Part shown: piece after piece, positions 28,868 through 38,059 of the stretch
Numbering within the stretch: position 1 is the stretch's first letter
How the letters are laid out: each line of letters begins with the position of its first letter
Source of the DNA: Thermodesulfobacteriota bacterium
Lineage (GTDB): Bacteria; Desulfobacterota_D; UBA1144; Nemesobacterales; UBA2774
NCBI GenBank assembly: GCA_965216785.1
Contig: OZ244197.1
Span: 2,816,001 to 2,880,000 of the forward strand
DNA length: 64,000 nucleotides
Direction: 5' to 3'
Position numbers and translations under genes: made by a program
The notes under the pieces: generated by a model
The model's database searches: none
Told to the model about the DNA's origin: nothing
What the model saw: only the letters and a program-made list of their open reading frames with translations

Positions 28868-29326
28868 TTATTCCAATATCTGAACTTCAACCTTGTAGGC
28901 ACTCGCCTCGAAAAGCTTCTTAAACTCCTCGGGTACTCCTACAACTTCGCGCTTTTCGTAGTTCATAAATACAATCCCAGTCTTAACGTACGCAAGGTCA
29001 TCGCCTGAGTCCTTTTCCGATAGCCTGTACACCAGGTCGCAGCCGTATTTGGTATAATCGCACACCGCGATCTCTATAACGATCCTGTGGCCGTAGAAAC
29101 CCTCAGACTTATAGGTTACCGCTAAGTCTGAAATAACAATGCCCGGGCCGAAAACATCTAGCTCGGTGAACCCGTACTCTTTAAAAAACCTTACCCGGGC
29201 TTCGTGTGTTAGGGTGAGAACCGAGTCGTGACCCAGATGGCCCCCATAGTTAATATCGCTTATGCGAAGAGCTATTTCGGTTTTATATACGAAACTCTCA
29301 GGTAATTCGATCTTGATCCTCGCCAT
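28868..29326 (-). CDS. Hotdog-fold acyl-CoA thioesterase (4HBT/YbgC-like)
   Basis: RISDINYGGHLGHD...HEAR motif; start taken as MARIKIELP. Confidence 0.85.
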   Translation of the reverse strand: MARIKIELPESFVYKTEIALRISDINYGGHLGHDSVLTLTHEARVRFFKEYGFTELDVFGPGIVISDLAVTYKSEGFYGHRIVIEIAVCDYTKYGCDLVYRLSEKDSGDDLAYVKTGIVFMNYEKREVVGVPEEFKKLFEASAYKVEVQILE

Positions 29327-29514
29327 TTTAGTTTCCCTTGTATTATTTGGATTGAGCTGAGCTTGATGAGCTTTGCCGTGGGGGAAATTATATCTTAGAG
29401 ACACCTTCATCACAAAAACAGAATTTGACATACAGGGCCGAATTTTGCTAAATTGAATATGTGGACACACGATAGGAGAACATACTTTTACCGTATCAGG
29501 AGGGTGAGCGCGCG

Positions 29515-30066
29515 ATGAATATTGAGAGAATCAGCCCCGCTACTATAAGGTCATTCTTCGGCAGGCTCGTAAAGATGAGCTTCTTTGATCTGGGAAAAGC
29601 GCAGGACAGCCTAGCTGCCACTTATCTGACAGACATGCTTACAGAGTTCGCCCGTACCGAGAAGCTGTATAAGATCCAGGACTCAGAGGGCAAGAAAATC
29701 CAGACAATCGTGGAAATGCTGATCGAGACTCAGAATATAAAAGAAGAGTCTACGGAATCCGAAAGAGAAGTAAGAAAGTACGTAGGGGACTTCTCGCTCT
29801 TTATGAGCGGTATATTCAGAGACTACGTAAACAGGGGCTCTTACCTTAGGTATTACATGGACGAGGGGATGAAGTCGTATTTTGCGGTATCAAGAATTGA
29901 CCTGGAAATGGGCAAAGGCGACCCTATTATGTTCAGCAGATTGTCCCGGGAGTTTGAGTTTTACTCGGGCGCGCTTGATTATATGAGGAGGGTTTATTTC
30001 GAGCAGGTAAATACGACAGACCCTCTTTCGAATTTCACGTACCAGATTTCAAAACTGGAGCATTAA
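29515..30066 (+). CDS. Conserved-looking hypothetical helical protein
   Basis: RBS aggagg; YLTDMLTEF...KYVGDFSLFMSGIF...YYMDEG; upstream TTGACA at 29425 and TGnTAAATT. Confidence 0.7.
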   Translation: MNIERISPATIRSFFGRLVKMSFFDLGKAQDSLAATYLTDMLTEFARTEKLYKIQDSEGKKIQTIVEMLIETQNIKEESTESEREVRKYVGDFSLFMSGIFRDYVNRGSYLRYYMDEGMKSYFAVSRIDLEMGKGDPIMFSRLSREFEFYSGALDYMRRVYFEQVNTTDPLSNFTYQISKLEH

Positions 30067-30083
30067 TAAAAGCATCCTCAGAA

Positions 30084-31127
30084 TTAGCCCCTGAAGTAAG
30101 GAATTACTTCTTCTGATAAAACTTTAAAGGACAGAGCGCGGTCGGGACTGAAGTCTCTTAGAATAAAGTGTCCTACCCCTGCTTCTACATAGGACTCAAG
30201 CCGCTTTATAACATCTTCTTTGGAGCCCGCTATCACAAAATCGAGCATAAGCTCGCGCGTATAGTATTTCTCTCCCATCTCTTTGAACTTTCTCAGCATC
30301 TCGGTGTCGTTGGGCATAATTTTTGTATAAGCGAGTCCTTTATATTGATCTTCGATCTCTATGTCGTAGCCTGATTCCGAAAGGAGCTCGGGCCAAACAA
30401 GAGCATGTTTTATGGGCTCAATTGAGCTATAGGCCTCGTCCTCATCCCCGGCAAGGGAAATAAATATAAAGAGCGTTTTTTCAATCGAGCTCAGATCCTG
30501 AGCTCTGTCTAAGGCGCCTTCATCGACAGCCTTGGACTTTTCGGCGAACACGCGCGCCGGCATGGCGTTCGTTACCCAGCCGTCCCCGTACCGACCGGCG
30601 GTCCTGAGAGCCTTCGGACCTGTTGCCGCTATGTAAATAGGAACTCCATGCTCGGGTGTTATACGGAGCTCGGCATCTGTGAGACTGTAGAACTCACCGT
30701 TAAAATTTACGGACTCACCGCTCCAGAGAGAACGCATGACCTGAACGGACTCGGCAACGCGCATAAGAGGTTTATTCCACGCAATACCGTAGGGGTCAAG
30801 GTTCATCTTCTCTCCGTAACCAAGACACACAAATGCCCGGCCATGGGATATATGGTCTATAGTGGCGAGACGCTGTGCCATCACGGCAGGGTGAATCCTG
30901 TGGGCGTCTCCAATCGTACCCATATGAATTGAATCTGTTTTCATCGAGGCCGCGGTAATGACGCTCCAGACCTCAGGAGTCATTCTCTTAGCCATGAATA
31001 CCATGTGATCCGGGAACCACACTGTATCGAAGCCAGCACTCTCTGCGCTTGAGACGAAGTCGATAAGCCCCTCTACCGACTCACCGGGCACTGGAGCTGA
31101 GATACCGAATTTCACTCGATTGCTCAT
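30084..31127 (-). CDS. LLM-class flavin/F420-dependent oxidoreductase
   Basis: AESAGFDTVWFPDH, LATIDHISHGR, PIYIAATGPKAL, GDGW. Confidence 0.9.
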   Translation of the reverse strand: MSNRVKFGISAPVPGESVEGLIDFVSSAESAGFDTVWFPDHMVFMAKRMTPEVWSVITAASMKTDSIHMGTIGDAHRIHPAVMAQRLATIDHISHGRAFVCLGYGEKMNLDPYGIAWNKPLMRVAESVQVMRSLWSGESVNFNGEFYSLTDAELRITPEHGVPIYIAATGPKALRTAGRYGDGWVTNAMPARVFAEKSKAVDEGALDRAQDLSSIEKTLFIFISLAGDEDEAYSSIEPIKHALVWPELLSESGYDIEIEDQYKGLAYTKIMPNDTEMLRKFKEMGEKYYTRELMLDFVIAGSKEDVIKRLESYVEAGVGHFILRDFSPDRALSFKVLSEEVIPYFRG

Positions 31128-31294
31128 GATATGATGACCTCCTAAAGGACTTTGCATCCGAAAAGATTATACAATATCCGATTTTAAACTTTTATCTTGA
31201 TTTTTTAAAATCCAAGAGTTATTATTTCCAGCCTATATCAAACACTACTATTCAAAATCCCAGATATTGGGACTGAGGCGGAGGTAGAAAGAAC

Positions 31295-31570
31295 ATGGAA
31301 AGACAGGAAAGATCGGAAAAAGAGCACGCTAGCAAGCATGTTGATATTGAGTCAAAACGCTTTTTCTTTGACGTAAAAGAAAACCACAAGGGCAAATATC
31401 TGAGGATAACGGAACTAAGCGGCGGAAGGTCGTGCATTGTGATTCCTCTGGGCGGAATAAACCTATTTAAAGAAAGGCTCGGCGAGATAATTGAGGAAGC
31501 TGAGGGCTTGATCGACGCTCCTCAAGAAGAAGAAACCGTAAGCTCTTCGCCATTCGCGAGCGGCAGCTAG
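31295..31570 (+). CDS. PUR-repeat (PurA/Pur-alpha-like) ssDNA/RNA-binding protein
   Basis: SKHVDIESKRFFFDVKENHKGKYLRITE...RSCIVIP matches the PUR repeat pattern. Confidence 0.85.
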   Translation: MERQERSEKEHASKHVDIESKRFFFDVKENHKGKYLRITELSGGRSCIVIPLGGINLFKERLGEIIEEAEGLIDAPQEEETVSSSPFASGS

Positions 31571-31675
31571 AAAGCCTGCCCCACCTAATACAACTCAGTA
31601 TGAGAGTAAATCCTATCGGGGGCTGGAAGGGCTTTATCCGATAGATAGGTGAAAGCTGTTTATTGCGGCCAATGT

Positions 31676-32938
31676 TTATTTTAGAAAATCGGGCATTCTC
31701 TCAAGCTTGAGTAAGTCGTCGTAGGTTTCCCTTTCTCTCACTATTGAGTAATTACCCTCTTTAACCAAAACCTCGGGCGCGCGCGGGCGCGTGTTGTAGT
31801 TTGAGGCCATAACGAATCCGTAGGCCCCGGCGCTGAGAACCGCTAAGAGGTCTCCGCTGCTTACACTGGGGAGCTCTCTGTCCTGCGCAAGGAAATCGCC
31901 CGATTCACATATAGGACCGACGACATCCACTACGGCTCCTGTTTGTAGATTCTCGTTGACTGTCAGAATCTCGTGATAGGATTCGTAAAAAGCGGGGCGG
32001 ATGAGATCATTCATAGCGGCGTCCACAATGACGAATTTTTTTGCAGTGCCTTCTTTTAAATACAGCACCTTCGTGATCATAATCCCGGCATTGCCCATGA
32101 GCGAGCGGCCGGGCTCAAGAACGAGACTGTAGGGTTTATCCTTCATCTCGTTAATGATTACAGCTGCATATTCACTGTGACGGGGAGGCTTTTCATCCTT
32201 CTCATAACTTATTCCCAAACCTCCGCCTATATCGATATACCTTATGTTTAATCCCGCTTCGAGCAAGCTATCGGCAAGACCGACAAGCTTCTTAACCGAG
32301 TCGGAAAACGGTGTCAGATCGAATATCTGAGAGCCGATATGTGCGTCTATAGCGACTACTTCAATCCCCTCCATTTGATTCGCCTCTTTGTATACTTGCA
32401 CCGCTCTGCCGACTTCAATTCCGAATTTGCTTTTCTTAAACCCTGTAGAAATGTACGGGTGTGTCTTGGGGTCGATGTCGGGGTTTACTCTGAGCGCGAT
32501 CGGCGCTTTTGTGCCTAACTCAATCCCTACATCATTTAAAAGGCGCAGCTCTTCCTCTGACTCAACATTAAAAAATAATATCCCTGCTCCTATTGCGGCT
32601 TTCATTTCATCTGCGGTCTTGCCTACCCCGGAGAACACCACTTTTGACGTATCTCCCCCGGCCTTCTTTACGCGAAGGAGCTCACCTACAGAGACTATGT
32701 CGTATCCGGAGCCTAGATCGGCGAAGGATTTAAGTACCGCAAGGTTCGAGTTTGCCTTTACAGAGTAGCAGATGAGAGTATCTATATCTGAAAACGCCTC
32801 TTTGTATTTCATGAAGCTGTCTTTCAATGCCCCGTAGCTGTAGATGTAGCACGGCGTTCCTACTTCCCGGGCAATCCGCGCCACGGACACGTCCTCTATA
32901 TATAATTCCCCATCTTTATAGTTATAGAAATCCTGCAT
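31676..32938 (-). CDS. lysA: Diaminopimelate decarboxylase
   Basis: YSVKAN (PLP Lys), HIGSQ, DIGGG, EPGR, GPICESGD, AGAYG...SNYN. Confidence 0.96.
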   Translation of the reverse strand: MQDFYNYKDGELYIEDVSVARIAREVGTPCYIYSYGALKDSFMKYKEAFSDIDTLICYSVKANSNLAVLKSFADLGSGYDIVSVGELLRVKKAGGDTSKVVFSGVGKTADEMKAAIGAGILFFNVESEEELRLLNDVGIELGTKAPIALRVNPDIDPKTHPYISTGFKKSKFGIEVGRAVQVYKEANQMEGIEVVAIDAHIGSQIFDLTPFSDSVKKLVGLADSLLEAGLNIRYIDIGGGLGISYEKDEKPPRHSEYAAVIINEMKDKPYSLVLEPGRSLMGNAGIMITKVLYLKEGTAKKFVIVDAAMNDLIRPAFYESYHEILTVNENLQTGAVVDVVGPICESGDFLAQDRELPSVSSGDLLAVLSAGAYGFVMASNYNTRPRAPEVLVKEGNYSIVRERETYDDLLKLERMPDFLK

Positions 32939-32971
32939 CTAAATACTCTCCTTATCTGCTCTTTCTAATTC

Positions 32972-33565
32972 CTAGGCGTTTTCTTTAAGATACCGGTTCA
33001 GAAAATCGAGCCTGTCGTTACCCCAGTACATTTTATCGTCGACAAAAATGGTGGGCGCGCCGAATACTCCGCGCTCAATGGCTGTAGTGGTCTCATCTCT
33101 AAGCATATCTTTTATATCCTGCTCGGCAATCCTTGCAAGAAACCATTCAGGTTCAATATCTATTGTGCCTACAGCTTCCCCGAGTACTTCAGGGCGGCTG
33201 AGATCGGATCCTTCGACAAAGTAGAGTCTGAACATTAGGTGGTTGTATTCTACGAGCTTGTTTTGCTCGGAAGCTGCGAATGCCCCGCGCATAGACCTTA
33301 CGCTGTTCAGTGGAAAGACTTCGGGATAATTAAAAGGCACTCCGTAGTATTCCGCGCAGTTCACCGTGTCCTGCCTTAAGTACCTTATCTTGTTATCAAT
33401 CTGTACAGCAGGTGTGGAGCCTATTTCGTTAAAGACCCCGCCCAGTAAGAAGGGCTTCCACACAAGAGTTGCGCCGTTATCCTGGCATATAGCCTCTATC
33501 CTTTCTGAGGCTATGTAGGTATAGGGACTGCTGAAGTCATAATAGAACTCTACTGTCTTTGACAT
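32972..33565 (-). CDS. DsbA-like 2-hydroxychromene-2-carboxylate isomerase / GST-kappa family protein
   Basis: FYYDFSSPYTY, WKPFLLGG, GVFGAPT, WGNDR. Confidence 0.88.
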   Translation of the reverse strand: MSKTVEFYYDFSSPYTYIASERIEAICQDNGATLVWKPFLLGGVFNEIGSTPAVQIDNKIRYLRQDTVNCAEYYGVPFNYPEVFPLNSVRSMRGAFAASEQNKLVEYNHLMFRLYFVEGSDLSRPEVLGEAVGTIDIEPEWFLARIAEQDIKDMLRDETTTAIERGVFGAPTIFVDDKMYWGNDRLDFLNRYLKENA

Positions 33566-33724
33566 TTACACTCTCCCCGGAACTGAAAAGTTAACCAGGG
33601 GATTATAAGAAATATGGGAGTTAATATCAAGCCGGATCCCTTGTATCTCATATTAAATACATTAAATTGACCAGTTCCCCGGCTATGCTAAACTCAAAAT
33701 ACGTCTGATCGGGAGTAATTAAAT

Positions 33725-35695
33725 ATGGCAAGCGAGTACAGTTTTGAGGGTCTTCGGGTTACGGCTTTTGAGAGCCGGAGGGCCAAGGAAATAGACAGGC
33801 TTATACGTTATCACGGCGGCGTGCCCAGTGTGGCGCCCTCTATGCGCGAAGTACCGCTGACAGAGTCTGGGGAAGCACTTTTATTTGCGGAGAAATTGTT
33901 TAAGGGTGAGTATGATCTCGTGATCCTTATGACGGGCGTGGGGACAAGAGCGCTTAAGGACGCAGTGTCTGAGAACTACCCTCTTGAGAAATTCGTTGAG
34001 GCCCTTAAAAAAGTGACCCTGCTTGCCCGCGGACCTAAACCGGTTGCGGCGCTTAAGGAGCTTGGCCTAAGGCCCGAGATTATTGTACCCGAGCCCAACA
34101 CGTGGCGGGACATACTGGCAACGCTGGACGGGAGCTTCGATCTTAAAGAAAAGAGGGTTGCGGTTCAGGAGTATGGGATTACTAACACCGAGTTTATAGA
34201 CGCTCTTAAGCAGCGCGGGGCGGATGTAACTGCCGTGCCGATATATAAATGGGCGCTGCCCGAAGACGTCGGGCCGCTTAAGGACGCTATACGCTCTATA
34301 GCGAAGAATGAAGAAGACGTTTCTTTATTCACAAGCTCTCAGCAGATTTACCACTTGTTTGAAGTCGCGAAAGCCGAGGGGCTTGAGGATGAGCTGCGTG
34401 AAGGATTTAAAAGGGTGGTGATAGGCTCGATCGGTCCGACCACAACGGAGACACTGGACAGGTTTGGACTTTCTACGGATTATGAGCCTGACAGCCCCAA
34501 GATGGGTAATCTGATTCGCGAGATGGCCAGGAGCGGGAGGGAGCTTCTTAGAAAGAAGAGGACCGCGCTAGAGAACGGTGTTAACACTAACAGTTGGCAA
34601 AAGGTAGACATGGTATGGGATAAAACCCTAAAAAACAAAAGGGAAGAGATCACCAGGGACTCTGTTTTTATGAAAGCGTGCAGAAGAGAGAAAACCGACT
34701 ATACACCCGTATGGATTATGAGACAGGCGGGAAGGTATATGCGTGAATACAGAGAGCTTCGGGCAAAGGTTTCGTTCCTCGATCTGTGCAAGACCCCGGA
34801 GCTTGCGGCGGAAGTCACTCTAAGCGCTGTAGACCGCCTTTCAGTAGACGCCGCTATAATATTCTCCGACATTCTGCTTATACTTCAGTCTTTCGGGATC
34901 GGGCTTGAGTTCTCAAAAGGCGAAGGGCCGAGGATAAGAAGACCTGTCCGCAGCGGAAAAGCAGTCTCGAGGCTTGAGGAATTTGACCCTGGGTCGCTGG
35001 ATTTTGTATACGAAGCGCTAAAGATAACCAGGAGGGCGCTTGATCCCGAGACCGCGTTAATTGGATTTGCGGGGGCCCCTTTCACAGTAGCCTCATACGC
35101 GATTGAAGGAGGCGGATCGAAAAACTATGAGAACACAAAAGGGTTTATGTATAAAGACCCTGAGGGATGGCATGACTTTATGGGCAGGCTGTCCGCCGCT
35201 ACGACCAAGTATCTTAACAATCAAATATCTGCGGGAGCTGACGCGGTTCAGGTTTTCGATAGCTGGGCAGGATCACTTGCCCCTGACGATTACGAAGAGT
35301 TCGTGCTTCCTCATATGAAAAAACTAATAGGCGGGATTAAAGAAGGCGTACCTGTAATACATTTCGGAACAGGCACTGACGCACTGCTGGGACTGATAAA
35401 GGAATCGGGCTGCAGCGTGATGGGACTTGACTGGAGAGTGGACCTAGGGGCGGCATGGAAACGGGTGGGATATGATTTGGCGGTGCAGGGGAATATGGAC
35501 CCGGTGGCGCTATTCGCGCCGCATGCGGAAATAAGAAAAAGGGCAAAGAGCGTGCTTGATAAAGCAGAGGGAAGACCCGGGCATATATTCAACCTAGGCC
35601 ATGGGGTACTGCCTAAAACCCCTGTGGACAACGTACTGGCGCTGGTGGACTTTGTTCATGAATACACGGATAAGAATCGGGAGAAAGTACAGTGA
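33725..35695 (+). CDS. hemE: Uroporphyrinogen-III synthase / uroporphyrinogen decarboxylase fusion (HemD-HemE)
   Basis: N-terminal HemD (ESRR, MTGVG, ARGPKP, FTSS, SIGPTT); C-terminal HemE (PVWIMRQAGRY, IIFSDIL, GFAGAPFT, IFNLGHG). Confidence 0.92.
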   Translation: MASEYSFEGLRVTAFESRRAKEIDRLIRYHGGVPSVAPSMREVPLTESGEALLFAEKLFKGEYDLVILMTGVGTRALKDAVSENYPLEKFVEALKKVTLLARGPKPVAALKELGLRPEIIVPEPNTWRDILATLDGSFDLKEKRVAVQEYGITNTEFIDALKQRGADVTAVPIYKWALPEDVGPLKDAIRSIAKNEEDVSLFTSSQQIYHLFEVAKAEGLEDELREGFKRVVIGSIGPTTTETLDRFGLSTDYEPDSPKMGNLIREMARSGRELLRKKRTALENGVNTNSWQKVDMVWDKTLKNKREEITRDSVFMKACRREKTDYTPVWIMRQAGRYMREYRELRAKVSFLDLCKTPELAAEVTLSAVDRLSVDAAIIFSDILLILQSFGIGLEFSKGEGPRIRRPVRSGKAVSRLEEFDPGSLDFVYEALKITRRALDPETALIGFAGAPFTVASYAIEGGGSKNYENTKGFMYKDPEGWHDFMGRLSAATTKYLNNQISAGADAVQVFDSWAGSLAPDDYEEFVLPHMKKLIGGIKEGVPVIHFGTGTDALLGLIKESGCSVMGLDWRVDLGAAWKRVGYDLAVQGNMDPVALFAPHAEIRKRAKSVLDKAEGRPGHIFNLGHGVLPKTPVDNVLALVDFVHEYTDKNREKVQ

Positions 35696-36615
35696 GCAAG
35701 AAATACGACGCAATTTTAATGATTGGATATGGTGCGCCTGAGAAAAAAGAAGATATACGCCCCTTTCTGCAAAACGTGGCAAAAGGAAGGCCCATACCTC
35801 CTGACCGGCTGGAAGAGGTAGCTCACCACTATGAGATGTTCGGAGGATCGCCCCTTAACGAATATACCTATAAACAAGCCAAAGGGCTCGAGGACAAACT
35901 GGCTGAAGACGGCGGGAAGATTCCCGTATATGTGGGCATGCGGAACTGGAACCCCTTTATTCCCGATACGCTCAAGCAGATGGCGGAAGCAGGAACTAAG
36001 AAGGCAATCGGGATGATAATGGCCGCGCACCAGAGCGACGCTAGCTGGGAGAGGTATCAGAGGGACGTTGAGCAAGGACTCAAAGAAGCCGGAGTGGATA
36101 TAGAGTTTGAGTACTCCCCTCCCCTTTTCGACCATCCTCTTTTTATTGAGGATTCGGCAGACCGGGTCGCCGATTGTTTGGAGCAGATTGCCGAAGACAA
36201 GAGGCACGGAACACTGATACTCTTTACAGCTCATAGCATACCGACACCTATGGCAGAGAGCTCGCCTTATGTAGAGCAGCTTCTTACGACCGCGGAGATG
36301 ATTGCCAAAAAGCTGGGGCATGAGAACTGGCGGCTAGTGTATCAGAGCAGGAGCGGACGTCCAACGGACCCATGGCTTGAGCCGGACGTTTGCGACGTGA
36401 TTCATGAGGTAGCAAAAGAAGGGGTTGAGAATATCATAGCCCAGCCTATCGGGTTTTTATGTGATCACATAGAGGTGTTGTTCGATATCGGAGTCGAGGC
36501 CGAGGAGGCGGCACAGGAAGCCGGGATAAAACTGCTCCGCGCAAAAACCGTGAACGACGACCCGAAATTTATAGAGGCGCTCGCGGACGCCGTGCAAAAG
36601 ATGGCGCACGAGTAA
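35692..36615 (+). CDS. hemH: Ferrochelatase (HemH/CpfC)
   Basis: GGSPLN, GMRNWNP, FTAHSIP, YQSRSG, WLEPD, DHIEVLFDI; GTGA overlap with hemDE. Confidence 0.93.
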   Translation: MSKKYDAILMIGYGAPEKKEDIRPFLQNVAKGRPIPPDRLEEVAHHYEMFGGSPLNEYTYKQAKGLEDKLAEDGGKIPVYVGMRNWNPFIPDTLKQMAEAGTKKAIGMIMAAHQSDASWERYQRDVEQGLKEAGVDIEFEYSPPLFDHPLFIEDSADRVADCLEQIAEDKRHGTLILFTAHSIPTPMAESSPYVEQLLTTAEMIAKKLGHENWRLVYQSRSGRPTDPWLEPDVCDVIHEVAKEGVENIIAQPIGFLCDHIEVLFDIGVEAEEAAQEAGIKLLRAKTVNDDPKFIEALADAVQKMAHE

Positions 36616-36637
36616 TATTCGCTGAGCAAGAACTACT

Positions 36638-37117
36638 ATGGCCGCATACGAATTCGAGACTATATGGCGTGTGTACGCGCCTATTGAAACAGTATGGAAT
36701 GAGATTTATTACTCTGAGAAATGGCCCGAGTGGTGGCCTGGAGTTGAGAATGTCGAGGAGCTCAAGAAGGGTGATGATCTTGGGATCGGAAGTATCCGAC
36801 GCTACACCTGGAAAAGCAAATTACCCTATAAATTGACATTCGATGTAGAGACCGTGCGGGTTCAGCCTCCCAGGATTCTTGAAGGAAAGGCATTCGGCGA
36901 GCTTGAGGGAACGGGGTTCTGGACTCTGATCGAGGATAACGATACAACCGTTGCCAGGTATGACTGGCGAGTTAGCACGAAAAAGTGGTGGATGAATTTC
37001 CTGGCTCCGCTGGCAAGGCCAATCTTTAAGTGGAACCACGATGTTGTTATGAGCTGGGGAGCACAGGGACTACAAAAGAGGCTCGGAGCAAAAGTGGTTG
37101 AAGAATCGATCCTATAA
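36638..37117 (+). CDS. SRPBCC / polyketide cyclase-like protein
   Basis: APIETVW...WPEWWPGV, GELEGTGFW, FKWNHD. Confidence 0.8.
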   Translation: MAAYEFETIWRVYAPIETVWNEIYYSEKWPEWWPGVENVEELKKGDDLGIGSIRRYTWKSKLPYKLTFDVETVRVQPPRILEGKAFGELEGTGFWTLIEDNDTTVARYDWRVSTKKWWMNFLAPLARPIFKWNHDVVMSWGAQGLQKRLGAKVVEESIL

Positions 37118-37138
37118 GAGTATATTCACAAGCCTGAT

Positions 37139-37573
37139 ATGAACTTTTTCCAAAAAGAAATCCATCTGTCCCCGAAAAGCCGCGGCTTTCACCTGGTAAC
37201 TCGTGAGATATTACAGCAGCTGCCGGAGCTTGCTGAATTCTCTGTCGGTATGGCTAACATCTTCATCTGCCATACCTCGGCATCTCTCACACTGAACGAG
37301 AACGCAGACCCGGATGTAAGGGTCGATTTTGAGAGCCATTTTAACGAATATGTCCCCGAGAATGCGCCTTATTACGTACATACGATTGAAGGACCGGACG
37401 ACATGCCGGCACACATAAAAGCCTCACTTCTTGGAAGCTCGGTGACAGTGCCTGTCACAAACGGAAGGTTTAACGTTGGTGTATGGCAGGGAGTGTACCT
37501 CTGTGAGCACCGAAACCACGGGGGCTCACGAAAGTTGATTGTGACGATTTATGGGGAGAGGAATAAATCTTAA
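37139..37573 (+). CDS. yjbQ: YjbQ / UPF0047 family protein
   Basis: HTSASLTLNENADPDV, EGPDDMPAHIK, GVWQGVYLCEHR. Confidence 0.9.
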   Translation: MNFFQKEIHLSPKSRGFHLVTREILQQLPELAEFSVGMANIFICHTSASLTLNENADPDVRVDFESHFNEYVPENAPYYVHTIEGPDDMPAHIKASLLGSSVTVPVTNGRFNVGVWQGVYLCEHRNHGGSRKLIVTIYGERNKS

Positions 37574-37578
37574 AAACC

Positions 37579-37923
37579 TTACCTCCTACCCAAGAGTAGA
37601 CCAATAATGAATCCAAGAATGAGAGCTCCGGCCAATTTTTTCTTACTGCCTAGCGGGATGTAGCGGGTGTCTTCTTTTGTAACCTCAATTACGCCAAGAG
37701 GCTTTACGGCAACCCCTGCGCCGACGCCGCCTCCCTCGCCTTCCTTCCCGTCTTTTTGCTCGCCCTTGGCCTCCCCGTATCCGCCGCCGAAACCGTAGGC
37801 CACCTTGGCAACGGGGATAACTGTTTTATCCTGGGTTTCTATAGGCTCACCGTAGACAGCTTTTACATCAGCGCTGCTTTGAAGTCCGTCTTTTAGTGAT
37901 TCGAAAAATTCCTTCATACCCAT
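37579..37923 (-). CDS. YtfJ/GerW-like protein
   Basis: VYGEPI...TVIPVAKVAYGFGGG...GGGVGAGVAVKPLGVI plus C-terminal TM. Confidence 0.8.
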   Translation of the reverse strand: MGMKEFFESLKDGLQSSADVKAVYGEPIETQDKTVIPVAKVAYGFGGGYGEAKGEQKDGKEGEGGGVGAGVAVKPLGVIEVTKEDTRYIPLGSKKKLAGALILGFIIGLLLGRR

Positions 37924-38059
37924 CGTTATTTACCCCCAATGCATATATTACAAACCCGATACCTAAAGTATAAACCATAGAAGGCAAAACTCATTTATTT
38001 TATTGATAGAAATACATTAGTGTGTAAAATGGGTAGGTAATTCTGTAAAGGAGCATAAT

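Noticed and set aside
29327-29470. N-terminal extension of the thioesterase in the ORF track
   Set aside because: It overlaps the divergent promoter region; the family-like sequence begins at MARIKIELP (29326).
35716-36321. 201-aa minus-strand ORF
   Set aside because: Antisense to the ferrochelatase gene with no recognisable features.
37579-37923. Evidence of sporulation (YtfJ/GerW)
   Set aside because: The family is widespread in non-sporulating prokaryotes, and no other sporulation genes are present.
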